Shown: piece after piece, positions 62,860 to 64,000 of the stretch
Position numbering within the stretch: position 1 is the stretch's first letter
Layout: every line of letters begins with the position of its first letter
Assembly: GCA_035297365.1 (NCBI GenBank)
Contig: DATGZA010000062.1
Location: forward strand, 1-64,000
DNA length: 64,000 bases
Direction of reading: 5' to 3'
Source: Nitrososphaeraceae archaeon
GTDB taxonomy: Archaea; Thermoproteota; Nitrososphaeria; Nitrososphaerales; Nitrososphaeraceae
Notes under the pieces: generated by a model
Told to the model about the DNA's origin: nothing
Database searches by the model: none
What the model saw: only the letters and a program-made list of their open reading frames with translations
Translations under genes and position numbers: made by a program

Positions 62860-64000
62860 TTGAAAAATAATCAAAATCAAGAGAAAAAATTACGTATTTT
62901 AGTAACAGGAGCAACTGGATTTATAGGTTCAAGGCTTACTAGAAGATTAATTGCCTTGGGAAAATATCATATTCGTTGCATGACTAGAAATCCAGATGAA
63001 ATATACCAAAAGATATTTGGGTTAAGTAAGAATATTATTGAGATAGTAAGGGTAGATGCTACCAAATATGAAGAAGTATTAAAAGCCTTAGAAGATGTTG
63101 ATGTAGTTTTTTATTTAATTCATTCAATGGAAGGTACATCTTTAAAATGGAAAGAATTCTCGTACAAAGATAGATTAATAGCTGAAAATTTTGCTAAAGC
63201 TGCCTCAGAAAAAAGAGTAAAAAGGATAATATATTTAGGAGGTCTAATTAATGAAATTAATAATCTTTCCGAACATATGCGAAGCAGGAAGGAAGTTGGA
63301 GAAATTCTCAAAAAATCTACGGCCAAAGTTACAGTATTCCGTGCCGCAATAATTTTAGGAGCAGGAGGTGGATCATTTCAAATGCTAAAATATCTAGTAG
63401 AAAGACTTCCGATTATGGTGTGTCCCAAGTGGGTTCAGACCAGATCACAGCCAATAGCAGTTGATGATGTTGTAAACTATCTTGTGACTTGTTTGGAGGT
63501 TTCAGAAACACAAGGAAAAGACTTTGATATTGGAGGGCCAGAAATAGTCACCTATTTTGAGTTAATGAAAAGATATGCAAGCACGTTCAATAAATCATTA
63601 AGAATACTAGTTATACCTTTTTTAACTCCGAGATTATCTTCTTACTGGATAGACCTTGTCACGCCAGTTCAGGCATCTTTAGCAAGACCATTGATTGATA
63701 GTTTGAAACATGAAGCCACAGTTAAGGATGAACAAATTAGAAAATTAATACAATTTGATCTTTCTACTATTGAGCAAGCCATAAATACGTCTAAAAAAGA
63801 ATCGGAAATCAAATCAAAAATTCTAAAAATAAATGAAAAAAGTTCCATTTCATTGAACAACAAAATACTAATTATATCACTTTTATTGTTGGCAGCAATT
63901 GGTTCAACATATTATTTTTTAGATACACGACAAGATGTTTTTCGGCCATATTGGATCGTTTTAAGTTGTTTATGGTATTTTGGAATATTCTTTTCTATTT
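62860..64000 (+). CDS. NAD(P)-binding atypical SDR (YbjT/NmrA-like), truncated by window end
   Basis: Manual translation shows ILVTGATGFIGS, YLIHSM, IIYLGG, SEHMRSR.EVG and QPIAVDDV, then hydrophobic segments. Open to the window end. Confidence 0.9.
   Translation, partial: MKNNQNQEKKLRILVTGATGFIGSRLTRRLIALGKYHIRCMTRNPDEIYQKIFGLSKNIIEIVRVDATKYEEVLKALEDVDVVFYLIHSMEGTSLKWKEFSYKDRLIAENFAKAASEKRVKRIIYLGGLINEINNLSEHMRSRKEVGEILKKSTAKVTVFRAAIILGAGGGSFQMLKYLVERLPIMVCPKWVQTRSQPIAVDDVVNYLVTCLEVSETQGKDFDIGGPEIVTYFELMKRYASTFNKSLRILVIPFLTPRLSSYWIDLVTPVQASLARPLIDSLKHEATVKDEQIRKLIQFDLSTIEQAINTSKKESEIKSKILKINEKSSISLNNKILIISLLLLAAIGSTYYFLDTRQDVFRPYWIVLSCLWYFGIFFSI

Overview
AT-rich archaeal chromosome segment, most likely from an ammonia-oxidising archaeon of the Nitrososphaeraceae, probably Nitrosocosmicus-like. 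This is inferred from the AOA-type nirK with a fused cupredoxin, archaeal ribosomal proteins L37e/L7Ae/S28e/L24e, Lsm, Alba, archease, BHB tRNA introns and low coding density. Housekeeping blocks include rpiA, purU, a phosphohexomutase, rpl7ae-rps28e-rpl24e-ndk-infB, hflX, trxA-archease-hisS, sdhACDB, argH, ilvE and uvsE. These alternate with gene-poor accessory stretches holding microproteins, secreted proteins, pseudogenes and IS remnants. There are three tRNA genes: Ala(CGC), Leu(TAG) with two introns, and Gln(TTG) with a 10/11 intron. The most interesting observations are: (i) the tRNA-Gln intron, whose BHB consumes the acceptor stem and whose leader carries a spare copy of the acceptor strand; (ii) an HtrA / PspAB / PspAA / PspA envelope-stress module; (iii) an isolated meaB fragment abutting a dense TTGCTA/TAGCAA motif array next to tRNA-Ala; (iv) a stand-alone B-box-like zinc-finger microprotein; (v) a probably inactive UDP-sugar dehydrogenase in a Wbp-like glycan cluster. 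No CRISPR array or rRNA was seen. All family assignments come from motif recognition by eye; no database searches were run.
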